Shown here: piece after piece, positions 1-11,078 of the stretch | Numbering within the stretch: the stretch's first letter is position 1 | Layout of the letters: each line of letters starts with the position of its first letter | From: Mobula hypostoma | Lineage: Eukaryota | Assembly (NCBI RefSeq): GCF_963921235.1 | Contig: NC_086109.1 | Span: forward strand, 30,506,001-30,570,000 | DNA: 64,000 bases | Reading direction: 5' to 3' | Translations under genes and position numbers: made by a program | Notes under the pieces: model-generated | Told to the model about the DNA's origin: nothing | Databases searched by the model: none | The model's input: the letters and a program-made list of their open reading frames with translations, nothing else

Positions 1-149
1 GTCGGAGTCCTTGTCCAGGTCCCACATTCCTAGTCAAGTCCTAGCCCAAGTCTGTGTCCTTGTTCCTGCTCTCTAGTCAAGTCCTGTTCCTGTTACTTCA
101 GTGTCTGTGTCTTGCATTTGGGTCCGCCACCAGTGCCTACCCTGTGACA
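1..149 (+). mobile_element. 3' part of an LTR (cut by the window edge), inserted into a mariner
   Basis: Ends in ...CCTGTGACA, after which mariner coding sequence starts immediately. Loosely resembles the reverse complement of the solo LTR at 45344-45765. Confidence 0.5.
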
Positions 150-278
150 GAATGCTCCACGACTGCTGGACTAAGTGCGTAAATGTAGGAGGGGACTATG
201 TTGAAAAATTAATGTGCTAGGTTTTCTAAAATTGACTCCTTCTACTTTAGGCCACGAACTTATCAATCAACCCTCATA
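150..278 (+). mobile_element. Mariner transposon 3' end: transposase C-terminus plus right TIR
   Basis: Translates as MLHDCWTKCVNVGGDYVEK, matching the mariner C-terminal RWxKCxxxxGDYVEK motif. Followed by TIR-like TAGGCCACGAACTTATCAATCAACCCTCA and a terminal TA. Confidence 0.75.
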
Positions 279-457
279 GATCCTTCCAATATCCAAAGTC
301 TAAGTTCCTTCTGATTCTTTTCCTAAATTATTTATCCATTGCTTTCTAATACGTAGTTTTAACAATAGGATCTATCCAATTCCAGTCAGTACCCTTGTGT
401 TTATCTTTAAGTATTAAAGAAGTGTGAGGTTTAAGCAGGATTATTTGAACGTGGATC

Positions 458-1410
458 AGTACAGCACAATACAGGTCCTTTGATCAGTTGTTCTGGCCTT
501 TAAACCTACTTCAAGATCAAAGTAACCTTTCCTTCCCATATTGCCCTTCATTTTCCTTTCATCCATATGCAACTAAGAGTCTCTTAAATGTCCGCAATCG
601 ATCTGCCTTTACCACTGTATCTAACAGTGTGTTCTGTGTACCCATCATTCTGTGCATGAGAAACCTACCTCTGACAATTTCCTATTTGTTCCTCCACAAA
701 CCTTAAGGTTATGCCCTCTTGTATCAGCCATTTCCACCCCGGGAAAATGCTTTCCAGCTTTGTACCCAACTCTCTATATTCACTCTTTAGGACCTCGTCC
801 CTTTTCCTACCTATATTATTGGTATCTACATGTACTATGACTTCTGGCTGCTCACCCTCCCCTCTGAAGAATGCTGTGGATCCGACCTAAGACATCGCTG
901 ACCCTGGCACCTGGGAAAGAACATACCATCTGGGAGTCACTTTCACATGCACAAAATCTCCTGTCCATTCCACTAACTATCGAATCCCCTATCACTACTG
1001 CTCCCTTCCTCATATCTCCCCCTTCCCTTCTGAGCCACAGAGCCACACTCACTGCCAGAGACCTAGTCCCTGGTGGGTCGCTCCCCCTAAAGATAACCAA
1101 AGCAGTATACTTGTTATTGAGTGGAATAGCCACAAGGGCACTCTGCACTTTCGGCCTATTTTCTTTCTCATTCCTTACAGTCACACAGCTCTCTGCCTCC
1201 TTCAACTTAAATGAGACTGCCTTCCTGTAGCTCCATTTAAGATCTCCCAAATAATCTGTAGGTCATCCAGCTCCAGTTCCCTAACATGGTTTGTAAGGCT
1301 CTACACCCAGATGCATTTCTTGCAGATGTAGCAATGAGAGAGACTGGAGGTATCCAGATATGCCACATCTTGCAAGAAGAGCACGCTACATGCTCTGGGA
1401 TCCATTCTGT
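458..1410 (-). mobile_element. CR1 LINE remnant: ORF1 (Zn finger/leucine zipper plus SGNH esterase) joined directly to the ORF2 end and 3' UTR
   Basis: ORF 852..1250 has AVVIGDSIV...MVCSFPGARV (CR1 ORF1 esterase) and continues GEQPEVxVHVxTN. At ~750 it jumps to FPGVEMADTRGHNLK (ORF2 C-terminus) and the CR1 3' UTR. Confidence 0.75.
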
Positions 1411-1457
1411 CTACTCTAACTAGGCACTAGTAATGAAACAAATAGAAATTTAACAAT

Positions 1458-3138
1458 TTACTCTTCCAATCTGAGTGTGGCTTCATCACGACAACAGGGG
1501 AAGCCATGGACTGACATGTTGGAACGGGAATGGGAAGTAGAATTGAAATATATGGCCATGGGGAGATCCCACATAAAATGCTGGAGGAACTCAGCCTCAG
1601 CAGGCCAGACAGCATTTATGGGAAAAAAGGAAACAGTCAACATTTGGGGCTGAGACCTTTCATCAGATCTGGAAAAGAAAGATGAGAAGTCAGAGTAAGA
1701 GAGTAGGAAGAAGTACAAGGTGGTAGGTGATAGGTGAAATTGGGAGAGGGGAAGGGGTGAAGTCAAGAACCATGAAGTCGATAGGTGAAAGAGATAAAGA
1801 GCTGGAGAAGGGGAATCTGATAGGAAAGGACAGAAGACCATGGAAGAAAGGGAAGGGGGAGGAGCACCAGAGGGAGGCGATGGACAGATGAGGAGATAAG
1901 GTGAGAGAGGGAAATGGGAATGGGGACAGGCGAAAGGGCTGGGGTGGGGGCAATTACTGGAAATTTGAGAAATTGATGTCATGCCATTAGTTTGGAGGCT
2001 ACCCCGACGGAATACAAGTTGTTACTCTTCCAACCTGAGTGTGGCTTCATCACGACAACGGGGGAAGCCATGGACTGACATGTTGGAATGGGAATGGGAA
2101 GTAGAATTGAAATTTATGGCTATGGGGAGATCCCACTTTTTCTGGAGAATGGAGCGTAGGTGCTCAGTGAAGAGCTCTCCCAATTTCCTTTGGGTCTTAC
2201 TGATATTCAGGAGGCCACACCGGGAGCAACAGATACAGTAGATGACCCCAACAGATATATAGGTGGAGCGTTGCCTCACCTGGAGGGACTGTTTGGGGCT
2301 TGAATAGTAGAGAGAGTGGAGGTGTAGGGGCAGGGGTGGCACTTGTTCTGCTTGCAAGGATAAATACTATGAGGGAAATCAGTGGGGAGGGTCGAATGGA
2401 CAAGTGAGTCGCACAGGGAGTGATCCCCGTAGAAAGCGGAAAATGGAGGGGGATGGGAGAAGGAAAGATGTTTTTGGGTGATGAGATCCCATTGGAGATG
2501 TTGGCAATAATGGAGAATTATTTGATGGACGCGGAGGCTGGTAGGGTGGTAGATGAGGACAAGAGGAATCCTTCCCTGGTGGGGTAGCGGGTGGATGCTG
2601 GATGAGGGCAGACTTGTGCACACTGGAAGAGATGCGACTGAGGGCAGTGTTGATGATGGAGGAAGGAAAGCCCCTTTCTTTGAAGAAAGCGGACATCTCA
2701 TTAGTTCTGGAATGAAAAGCCTCATCCTGAGGGCAGATGTGGCAGAGACTGGGGAACTGAGAGAAAGGAATGGTATTTTTCCAAATTACAGTGTGGGAAG
2801 AAGTATAGTCCAAGTAGCTGTGAGAATCAGTGGATTTATAATAGACACCAGTAGATAAGCTGTTTCCAGAGTAAGAGACACAGAGATCGAGAAAGGGGAG
2901 GGAGGTGTTGGAAACAGACCAAATAAATTTGAGGGCAGGGTGGAATTTGGAGGCAAAGTTGATGAAGTCAACGAGTTCTGCATGGGTGTATGAAGGAGCA
3001 CTAATGTAGTTGTCGATGTAACGTAGGAAAAGTTGGGGATGGACACCAGTGTAGGCGTGGAATAGAGAATTCCAATTAGCCGGCAGAAAGGCAGGCATAG
3101 CTGGGACCCATGTGAGTGCCCATGGCTGCACCCTTTGA
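1458..3138 (-). mobile_element. Penelope-like element (PLE), 5'-truncated: RT C-terminal half, GIY-YIG endonuclease, pLTR and partial tandem pLTR
   Basis: KGAAMGTHMGPSYA, FLRYIDN, LPFLDL and YYKSTDSHSYLDYTSSH (PLE RT/thumb); VIYCICCSRCGLLNISKT (GIY-YIG with Cys linker). 1458-1572 duplicates 2022-2136. Confidence 0.9.
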
Positions 3139-3257
3139 CCTAGCCTCTGTCTCTATTACTGAAGCCTCTTGAACTGAAGCTTCAGTTCCCCACTCTGATT
3201 CTGTCCACTCACACTATGGCCACTCTCACAAAAGTAGCAGCGTTTAAACCAATCATG

Positions 3258-3385
3258 AAAAAATCTGCAGATGCTGGAAATTCAAGCAACACACACAAAA
3301 TGCTGGCCCGAAACGTCAACTGTACTTCTTCCTATATATGCTGCCTGGCCTGCTGCGTTCCACCAGCATTTTGTGTGTAGTGCTT
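3258..3385. repeat. Fold-back mini-element made of two inverted PLE pLTR ends
   Basis: Inverted arms AAGCAACACACACAAAATGCTGG ... CCAGCATTTTGTGTGTAGTGCTT. Contains the hammerhead half-core GCCCGAAACGTCAACTG. Confidence 0.75.
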
Positions 3386-5439
3386 AAACCAAACTTCTTT
3401 TTATTGGCCCTTGGTAAGTGCTTAATAAGCTAAATGATCTCCATCTTGACAGAAAGTCCTAAGAAGCCCCAATCACTTTTTAAACCTAGCCCCACTCACC
3501 ACAATTAACCATCCCCATGACCTAAAGTTCTGCAATTGGTTCATCTATAAGTGACTTCAGGAAGCGTATTTACTTTCCTATGTACTCTACATGCTGTTGG
3601 AAATGGCAATATTGATCCAGAGATTCTTCAGAAGTCAAGAATGAGGCATAAAACTAGTTGTTTATTGACTGTTACAAGAGCAAAGAATAAATGGAGAAAT
3701 AAACAGGAAGACCAAAGCAGTTGTGGTCATCTTATACAAAAATAACAAGACATTCCAATGATAGCAATTAATGTATAACATAGGCAAATTCAAGTGCCAT
3801 GACACCTGCTATAGAAAAATTAAGAAGCTTCTAGAAAAATACAGAAGCAGTTCAATTAATGGAAAATTTACCAAATTATTACACATATATAGATGGTTAT
3901 AGAAAAATGCAAGCGAGCATAGGAAAGATTAAATCACAGAAAAATTGCCATTTGACGCTCTTACCCAATGTTGCTGTCATCTATATCATCAGTTTTGCCC
4001 TGCTGGGTGTAGCCTTGCCAAATTTCTTTGCTCTATGTTGCCGTAGATGTAGCCAAGACACTGCGAATGTGCATCTTATATCTGATGTTATATTGTACAT
4101 AATAGTGTTATGATTGTGTAAATTGTTCAGTTCCTGTTTGATCTCCAGCCAAGCACCTTCAAATCATTGATGTGGAACTGACAAAGCATAACCTAAATGT
4201 CTCTTGAGCCATTTTACGAAATGCTGTGCACCCCACAGGTATATCGGCCAAGTTTTACAGTATTGAAACTGAGCCCCATGAGTGAGGTATATTATGATTG
4301 GATAAATTCCTCTTGTTCCTGTTACAAATAATGCAATTTTGGGAACAGTAGTTTTCTAAATTGCCCAAATCAGTAACTAATGGCTTGTAGATTTCAATGC
4401 ATTAGAAACAAATATTTTTCCATCTTTCTTTCTAAAATAAAATGTAGCTGAAGGTTTAAATTCTTAACTCTAACAATGTTCTCTGATTATAGGACCAAGT
4501 CCTTAACATTATAAAGCTGTGCTAGCTATAGTCAATTCCCCAAATGCAGCATGACGTGTAGCACAGAAATATTCAGGTCTAAGGTCAAGCAGTGCAGTAA
4601 TGAGAGAGTATTTTTGTAATGATTAGTCCAGGGTTGGCAGTATTCTTACTGAATCATAGAAGTAGCAGTGAAACAGCTGGTGTAGTTGAATGGATCCACA
4701 GGAAGAAGAGAAATGAAACCATTTCAGTAAATCCTTTCTGATTTTTTTGCTTAGAATGTTTGTCATTCTTTATTCTGAAGAATCAATCTTTGTGGTGAAA
4801 TATTTAATGGTAAAGTTTATTCATATTTCTGTCATCAAGGGCAAATTTATTACTCCACTGATAGTTAGAATTGTCCACAGTATTGCCACAGTGTGCTGAT
4901 AATGTTGTTTTGTTTCCAGCATGCAGCAGGTGACACTATCGATTTCAATAACAAACAGAAATCTTTCGAATTTAGGTCTGCCCCTGATTTCCCCCTTGCA
5001 ATGGAGAAAGAATGTTCCAAAATTTGCATTCCTAGTCATCAACCATACTATGTGCCTTTGGTCATGCTTTGACCTTTCTCACCCAGAGTCTGCTGTCTTA
5101 CACAATTTAATTTTTCCTGAATCTAATAAAGGTGGGTTAACATTGAGGGAGCTAGGCCATGATCTGATGTTTGAACACATATGTGGTGAAGAAAAAGCTT
5201 TCAATGCACTCAGATAGATTATCAAGGGAGGATGTAGAAGGTATGTCCACAGAGAGATCCTACACAGATAGATTATCAAGGGAGAAAAGTGGGAGGAATG
5301 CCCCCTCCCCCAATATTAAAGCCCAGTAAATAGTCCTCTTCTTATTCCTCATCTTCCTGCTGCACCTCAGAAACATCAGCCAATTGTTCAGTGTTATTTG
5401 TAAACTCTTTGACATCCACCCTTGTCTTAGAACTACTTA

Positions 5440-5745
5440 AAGATCAATATCTTAAAGATTAGCTGTGTCTGTAACATGTACATCGAAATATCAAAACATG
5501 CAGTGAAATGCATTGTTTGAATCAGATGAAATCTGTGAAATTCATGCTAGGCAGCCACACTTCTGCACCAACACAGCATGCCCATGACTCACTAACCCTA
5601 ACTTGTATAAGTTTACAATGTGGGAGGAAACCAGGGCAGCTGGAGGAAATGTGTACAGTCACAGGGAGAATGTACAAGCTCCGTATAGATAGTCATGGGA
5701 ATTGAACCTCGATTGCGGAGATGTCATATTGTAACACTAACCCCT
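5440..5745 (-). mobile_element. tRNA-derived V-domain SINE (HE1/V-SINE-like)
   Basis: TGTGGGAGGAAACCAGGGCAGCTGGAGGAAA is the reverse complement of the V-SINE core; GGGAATTGAACC is a reversed B box. Confidence 0.7.
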
Positions 5746-5920
5746 GTCAGTCTCAGTGGAGGGGAGTGGAAGGACTTCCATCAGAGGAGGCTGTGTTCCT
5801 CCAGTTCTGGCCTCTTGAGCAGCTTGGATTTTGTTTGTTCCACTGTTTCCCTCTTTGCCTTCAGGAGTCAAGGATGCAAACTCCAGAATTACAGATGTAA
5901 AAATCATCACCTATTAATCT

Positions 5921-6128
5921 CAGAATCGGAATCAGAATCAGGTTTAATATCACCAGCATATGTTGTGAAATTTGTTGTTTTTGGGGCAGCAGTACAATGC
6001 AATACATAATCATAAAAACTGTGAATTACAGTAACTCTATGTGTATATTTAGTTAATTTAAATAAGTAGTGCAAAAACAGAAATTTTAAAAAAGTTGTGA
6101 GGTAATGTTCATGTGTTCAATGTCCATT
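5921..6128 (-). mobile_element. Rex1/Babar-type LINE 3' UTR and (GATTCT)n tail
   Basis: Begins CAGAATCGGAATCAGAATCAGGTTTAATATCACC; the same tail occurs at ~32310 and ~34105. Confidence 0.75.
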
Positions 6129-6514
6129 GATATCTCTGAGAGCTTAACCTGGTCCCAACATCTTGATGTGGCTATAAAGAAGGCAAGACAGCGGCTATAC
6201 TTTATCAGGAGTTTGAGGGGATTGGTGTTGTTGTAATGTGAGTGTAATTAAAAGTAAGTTAATATTAATTAGGATATCCATTTTTGTTCTTCCGGTCGCT
6301 CTCGGTACATAGTGTCCTCGCCAAGCCGTATGCGTTGTGAACCCCTCTGTATGTACGTAACGTTTTGAATTTCGAGATAAAGTTGTTTCTTTGGCATGAA
6401 GTTGTCGAGTGTACCTTTTTCAAAGTAGAAGATACCACATATTTTTGGCAACGAAGTGAACTGATTTTCTGAACGTGTCGGCGTGTTTTTTGAACGGGAG
6501 CTTTCGCGTTCAGT

Positions 6515-8764
6515 ATGGCTACACTTGGAACTATCTGTGAATTCCTGGAAGAAGTCGAGGACTGGCTGGAGTATGAGGAAAGGTTGGGACATTTTTTCTG
6601 TGCTAATGGAATTACGGAGGAGGCTAAGAAGCACTCTATTCTCCTGAGTGTGTGTGGGGCAAAGACTTACAGGCTAATAAGAAATTTAGCCACACCGCGG
6701 AACCCAGGGGACATTCCATTTGACGAACTGGTGAAACTCGTGGGGGACCACTACAATCCAAAACCTGCTATGGCAGTCCAACGGTGTAAGTTTCACAGCT
6801 GTTTCAGGAAGCCAGGTCAGTCGGTGGCTAATTTTGTGGCCGAGCTTCGGCAGCTGTCGGAGCATTGTGATTTCGGAGCGGTGTTGAAAGATATGCTCCA
6901 TGATCGACTGGTATGCGACATTAATAATGCCGACATACAATGCCGCCTGTTTGGGGAAACCCCACCGTTGATTTTCAAGAAAGCCTTAGAGATTGCCCAA
7001 GGCATGGAGATGGCTGCTAATAATGTTAAGGATATCGGGTCGCAGTCAGCGGCAGTGCACCAAGTCAGGAGGGAGACTGGTAAACAGGCAAAGCGGGTGG
7101 AATGTTTCTGATGTGGAGGGACACACTATGCAAATGATTGCAAATTCCAAGACACTGTCTGCCATACTTGTAGCAAAAAGGGACATTTAGCTAACAAGTG
7201 CAGAAGTTCAAAGGGTAAGATTAAGCCTGGACAGGAGAAAGCTCAACAGGCTCAGGCAGCCACATCACCATCTAGAAGAAGCAGCTGAAGAGGCAGCGTG
7301 TGCCTACAACATGTTTGCAATGGAAACAGATGAGGAACCACCTGAACCATATTATGCCACAGTCACTGTCAGGGGAAAGGACATTAAGTTTGAGATTGAC
7401 TCAGGGGCTACTGCATCGGTCATTAGTGAGGAGACCTACAGGAGGACATGGGGGTCCAACCTGCCTCCCATTAGACTGTCAAAGCTCAAACTTAGGACCT
7501 ATACGGGGCAGCCCATACCTCATTTAGGGGTGTTATATGTGGACATTTCAGCTGGGGGTCAGAAAGCTGAAGCCAGGCTAGTGATAGCTAAGGGCAGAGG
7601 ACCAAATCTTTTGGGTCGCAATTGGCTTCGCAAAATCTGGCTAAACTGGCATGAAATTAAGTATGCATACACAACGGAGGACATTCTGCAGTGGTACAGT
7701 GACGTTTTCAGGGATGAGCTGGGAACACTGAAGGGCGTGACTGTGAAACTCCATGTCGACCCTGACGCTACACCACCAGCTCCTTTGCACCCATGGGAGT
7801 CGCCAGACCACCCCTGGTCTAGGCTACATTTGGACTTTGCTGGCCCTTTTATGGGGCAGATGTTTCTTGTCATGGTGGATGCGCATTCTAAATGGATCGA
7901 AGCTCACATCATGAGCAACATCACAGCCCCCTCAACCATAGACAAACTCAGGCAAGTGTTTGCAGTCCATGGGCTGCCTGACACTCTGGTCACTGATAAT
8001 GGCCCAGCGTTCACCAGTGAACTGTTCAGTGAGTTCATGCAGTAAAATGGCATTCGTCACATTCGGACGTCTGCTTTCCATCCAGCCGCCAATGGTTTGG
8101 CTGAGCGGGCTGTTCAGACAGTGAAGGAAGGCCTGAAGTGGATGACAGGGGACTCTCTTAGCATGCGGCTTTCACGTTTCCTGTTTAAATACCACCTCAC
8201 ACCACAGACTACGACTGCCCACACTCCAGCAGAGATGCTGATGGGGCGTAGGCCCAAGTCTGGATTGGACCTGCAGCGTTTGGACATGAAGGCAAAAGTG
8301 GAGAGAAAGCAGGAAAAGCAGAAGGAGGGACATGATCAACATGCGTGAGAGAGACAGTTAAAACCGGATGACAATGTCTATGTGAGAAACAATCAGCAAT
8401 GGCTGCCTGGGGTTATTCTTAAGCAGAGTGGTCTCGTCTCCTATGTTGCTAAGCTGACTGAAGGACATATTTTCCGCAGACATCAGGACCATATGCGCCA
8501 GCGTCATGATACCGGCAGACAGTTCCATGGAGTTTCCATTTGTGAGTCAGACTACGGCGGAAGCATGTCCACCAGTGACTTTGCCAGAGGGCGAGACGCT
8601 GGCAGAGGGGTCGGGGTCCCCTGAAGAGGATAGACATTCTCACACAGACACACAGACCCCTCTCATGCCCCCAAAACACCCTCACCAGCGGTGCCTGCTG
8701 GGTCACCGGGGGTAGTGCGCAGATCACAGCGCACTCGTAAACCTCCTGACAGACTGAATCTGTG
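6515..8764 (+). pseudogene. Gypsy gag-pol remnant: gag, two Zn knuckles, aspartic protease, integrase core; RT and RNaseH absent
   Basis: Gag EDWLEYEERLGHFFCANGI; knuckles CF*CGGTH and CHTCSKKGHLANKC (stop at 7109-7111); protease FEIDSGAT; integrase HLDFAGPF, VDAHSKW, VTDNGPAF, NGLAERAVQT. Further stops and frameshifts. Confidence 0.9.
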
Positions 8765-11078
8765 ACGGGAGGTGAAAGAACCTTTAGGAGGCAGTGATCA
8801 TAACATGATTGAGTTCACTGTGAAATTAGAAAAAGAGAAGCTGAAATCTGATGTGTCGGTGTTTCAGTGGAGTAAAGGAAACTACAGTGGCATGAGAGAG
8901 GAACTGGCCAAAGTTGACTGGAAAGAGACACTGGCGGGAAAGACGGCAGAGCAGCAGTGGCTGGAGTTTATGCAAGAAATGAGGAATGTGCAAGACAGGT
9001 ATATTCCAAAAAAGAAGAAATTTTCGAGTGGAAAAAGGATGCAACCGTGGTTGACAAGAGAAGTCAAAGCCACAGTTAAAGCTAAGGAGAGGGCACACAA
9101 GAAAGCAAAAATTAGTGGGAAGACAGAGGATTGGGAAGTCTTTAAAACCTTACAAAAGGAAACCAAGAAGGTCATTAAGAGAGAAAAGATTAACTATGAA
9201 AGGAAACTAGCAAATAATATCAAAGAGGATACTAAAAGCTTTTTCAAGTATATAAAGAGTAAAAGACAGGTGAGAGTAGATATAGGACCGATAGAAAATC
9301 ATACAGGAGAAATTGTAATGGGAGATGAGGAGATGGCAGAGGAACTGAACAAGTATTTTGCATCAGTCTTCACTGAGGAAGACAGCAGGCTACCGGACAC
9401 TCAAGGGTGGCAAGGAAGAGAAGTGTGCGCAGTCACAATTACGACAGAGAAAGTACTCAGGAAGCTGAATAGGCTAAAGGTCAATAAATCTCCTGGACCA
9501 GATGGAATGCACCCTCGTGTTCTGAAGGAAGTAGCTGTGGAGATTGCGGAGGCATTAGCGATGATCTTTCAGAAGTCGATAGATTCTGGCATGGTTCCGG
9601 AAGACTGGAAGATTGCAAATGTCTCTCCGCTATTTAAGAAGGGGGCAAGGAAGCAAAAAGGAAATTATAGACCTGTTAGCTTGATATCGGTGGTTGGGAA
9701 GTTGTCGGAGTCGATTGTCAAGGATGAGGTTACAGAATACCTGGAGGCATATGACAAGATAGGTAGAACTCAGCATGGATTGCTTAAAGGAAAATCCTGC
9801 CTGACAAACCTATTACAATTTTTTGAGGAAATTACCAGTAGGCTAGACAAGGCAGATGCAGTAGATGTTGTATATTTGGATTTTCAGAAGGCCTTTGACA
9901 AGGTGCCACACATGAGGCTGCTTAACAAGATAAGAGCCCGTGGAATTACAGGGAAGTTACATACGTGGATAGAGCGTTGGCTGATTGGCAGGAAACAGAG
10001 AGTGGGAATAAAGGGATCCTATTCTGGTTGGCTGCCGGTTACCAGTGGTGTTCCGCAGGGATTAGTGTTGGGGCCGCTCCTTTTTACATTGTACATCAAC
10101 GATTTGGATTATGGAATAGATGGCTTTGTGACTAAGTTTGCTGACGATACGAAGATAGGTGGAGGGGCCGGTAGTGCTGAGGAAACGGAGAGTCTGCAGA
10201 GAGACTTGGATAGATTGGAAGAATGGGCAGAGAAGTGGCAAATGAAGTACAATGTTGGAAAGTGCATGGTTATGCACTTTGGCAGAATAAATAAATGGGC
10301 AGACTATTATTTAAATGGGGAAAGAATTCAAAGTTCTGAGATGCAACGGGACTTGGGAGTCCTCGTACAGGATTCCCTTAAAGTTAACCTCCAGGTTGAG
10401 TCGGTAGTGAAGAAGGCGAATGCAATGTTGGCATTCATTTCTAGAGGAATAGAGTATAGGAGCAGGGATGTGATGTTGAGGGTCTATAAAGCGCTGGTGA
10501 GACCTCACTTGGAGTATTGTGGGCAGTTTTGCTCTCCTTATTTAAGAAAGGATGTGCTGACGTTGGAGAGGGTACAGAGAAGATTCACTAGAATGATTCC
10601 GGGAATGAGAGGGTTAACATATGAGGAACGTTTGTCCGCTCTTGGACTGTATTCCTTGGAGTTTAGAAGAATGAGGGGAGACCTCATAGAAACATTTCAA
10701 ATGTTAAAAGGCATGGACAGAGTAGATGTGGCAAAGTTGTTTCCCATGATGGGGGAGTCTGGTATGAGAGGGCATGACTTCAGGATTGAAGGGCGCCCTT
10801 TCAGAACAGAAATGCGAAAAAATTTTTTTAGTCAGAGGGTGGTGAATCTATGGAATTTGTTGCCACAGGCAGCAGTGGAGGCCAAGTCATTGGGTGTATT
10901 TAAGGCAGAGATTGATAGGTATCTGAGTAGCCAGGGCATCAAAGGTTATGGTGAGAAGGTGGGGCAGTGGGACTAAATAGGATAAAATGGATCAGCTCAT
11001 GATAAAATGGCGGAGCAGACTCGATGGGCCGAATGGCCTACTTCTGCTCCTTTGTCTTACGGTCTTATGGTCTTATGG
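8765..11078 (+). mobile_element. Young 5'-truncated CR1 LINE nested in the 3' region of Gypsy 1
   Basis: Uninterrupted ORF2, CR1 3' UTR hairpin TGGGCCGAATGGCCTA and an 8-mer (GGTCTTAT)n tail. Confidence 0.95.
8772..10976 (+). CDS. CR1 ORF2, 5'-truncated: end of the APE endonuclease plus the complete RT (734 aa open)
   Basis: GSDHN (APE end), KSPGPDG, NYRPVSL, YLDFQKAFDKVPH, GVPQGLVLGP, FADDTK, LVRPHLEYC. Lacks the N-terminus, so not an autonomous gene. Confidence 0.9.
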   Translation: MKEPLGGSDHNMIEFTVKLEKEKLKSDVSVFQWSKGNYSGMREELAKVDWKETLAGKTAEQQWLEFMQEMRNVQDRYIPKKKKFSSGKRMQPWLTREVKATVKAKERAHKKAKISGKTEDWEVFKTLQKETKKVIKREKINYERKLANNIKEDTKSFFKYIKSKRQVRVDIGPIENHTGEIVMGDEEMAEELNKYFASVFTEEDSRLPDTQGWQGREVCAVTITTEKVLRKLNRLKVNKSPGPDGMHPRVLKEVAVEIAEALAMIFQKSIDSGMVPEDWKIANVSPLFKKGARKQKGNYRPVSLISVVGKLSESIVKDEVTEYLEAYDKIGRTQHGLLKGKSCLTNLLQFFEEITSRLDKADAVDVVYLDFQKAFDKVPHMRLLNKIRARGITGKLHTWIERWLIGRKQRVGIKGSYSGWLPVTSGVPQGLVLGPLLFTLYINDLDYGIDGFVTKFADDTKIGGGAGSAEETESLQRDLDRLEEWAEKWQMKYNVGKCMVMHFGRINKWADYYLNGERIQSSEMQRDLGVLVQDSLKVNLQVESVVKKANAMLAFISRGIEYRSRDVMLRVYKALVRPHLEYCGQFCSPYLRKDVLTLERVQRRFTRMIPGMRGLTYEERLSALGLYSLEFRRMRGDLIETFQMLKGMDRVDVAKLFPMMGESGMRGHDFRIEGRPFRTEMRKNFFSQRVVNLWNLLPQAAVEAKSLGVFKAEIDRYLSSQGIKGYGEKVGQWD

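Noticed and set aside
4239..4286. 48-bp plus-strand micro-exon (VYRPSFTVLKLSPMSE)
   Set aside because: Weak pyrimidine tract and donor, unrecognised peptide; compatible with chance.
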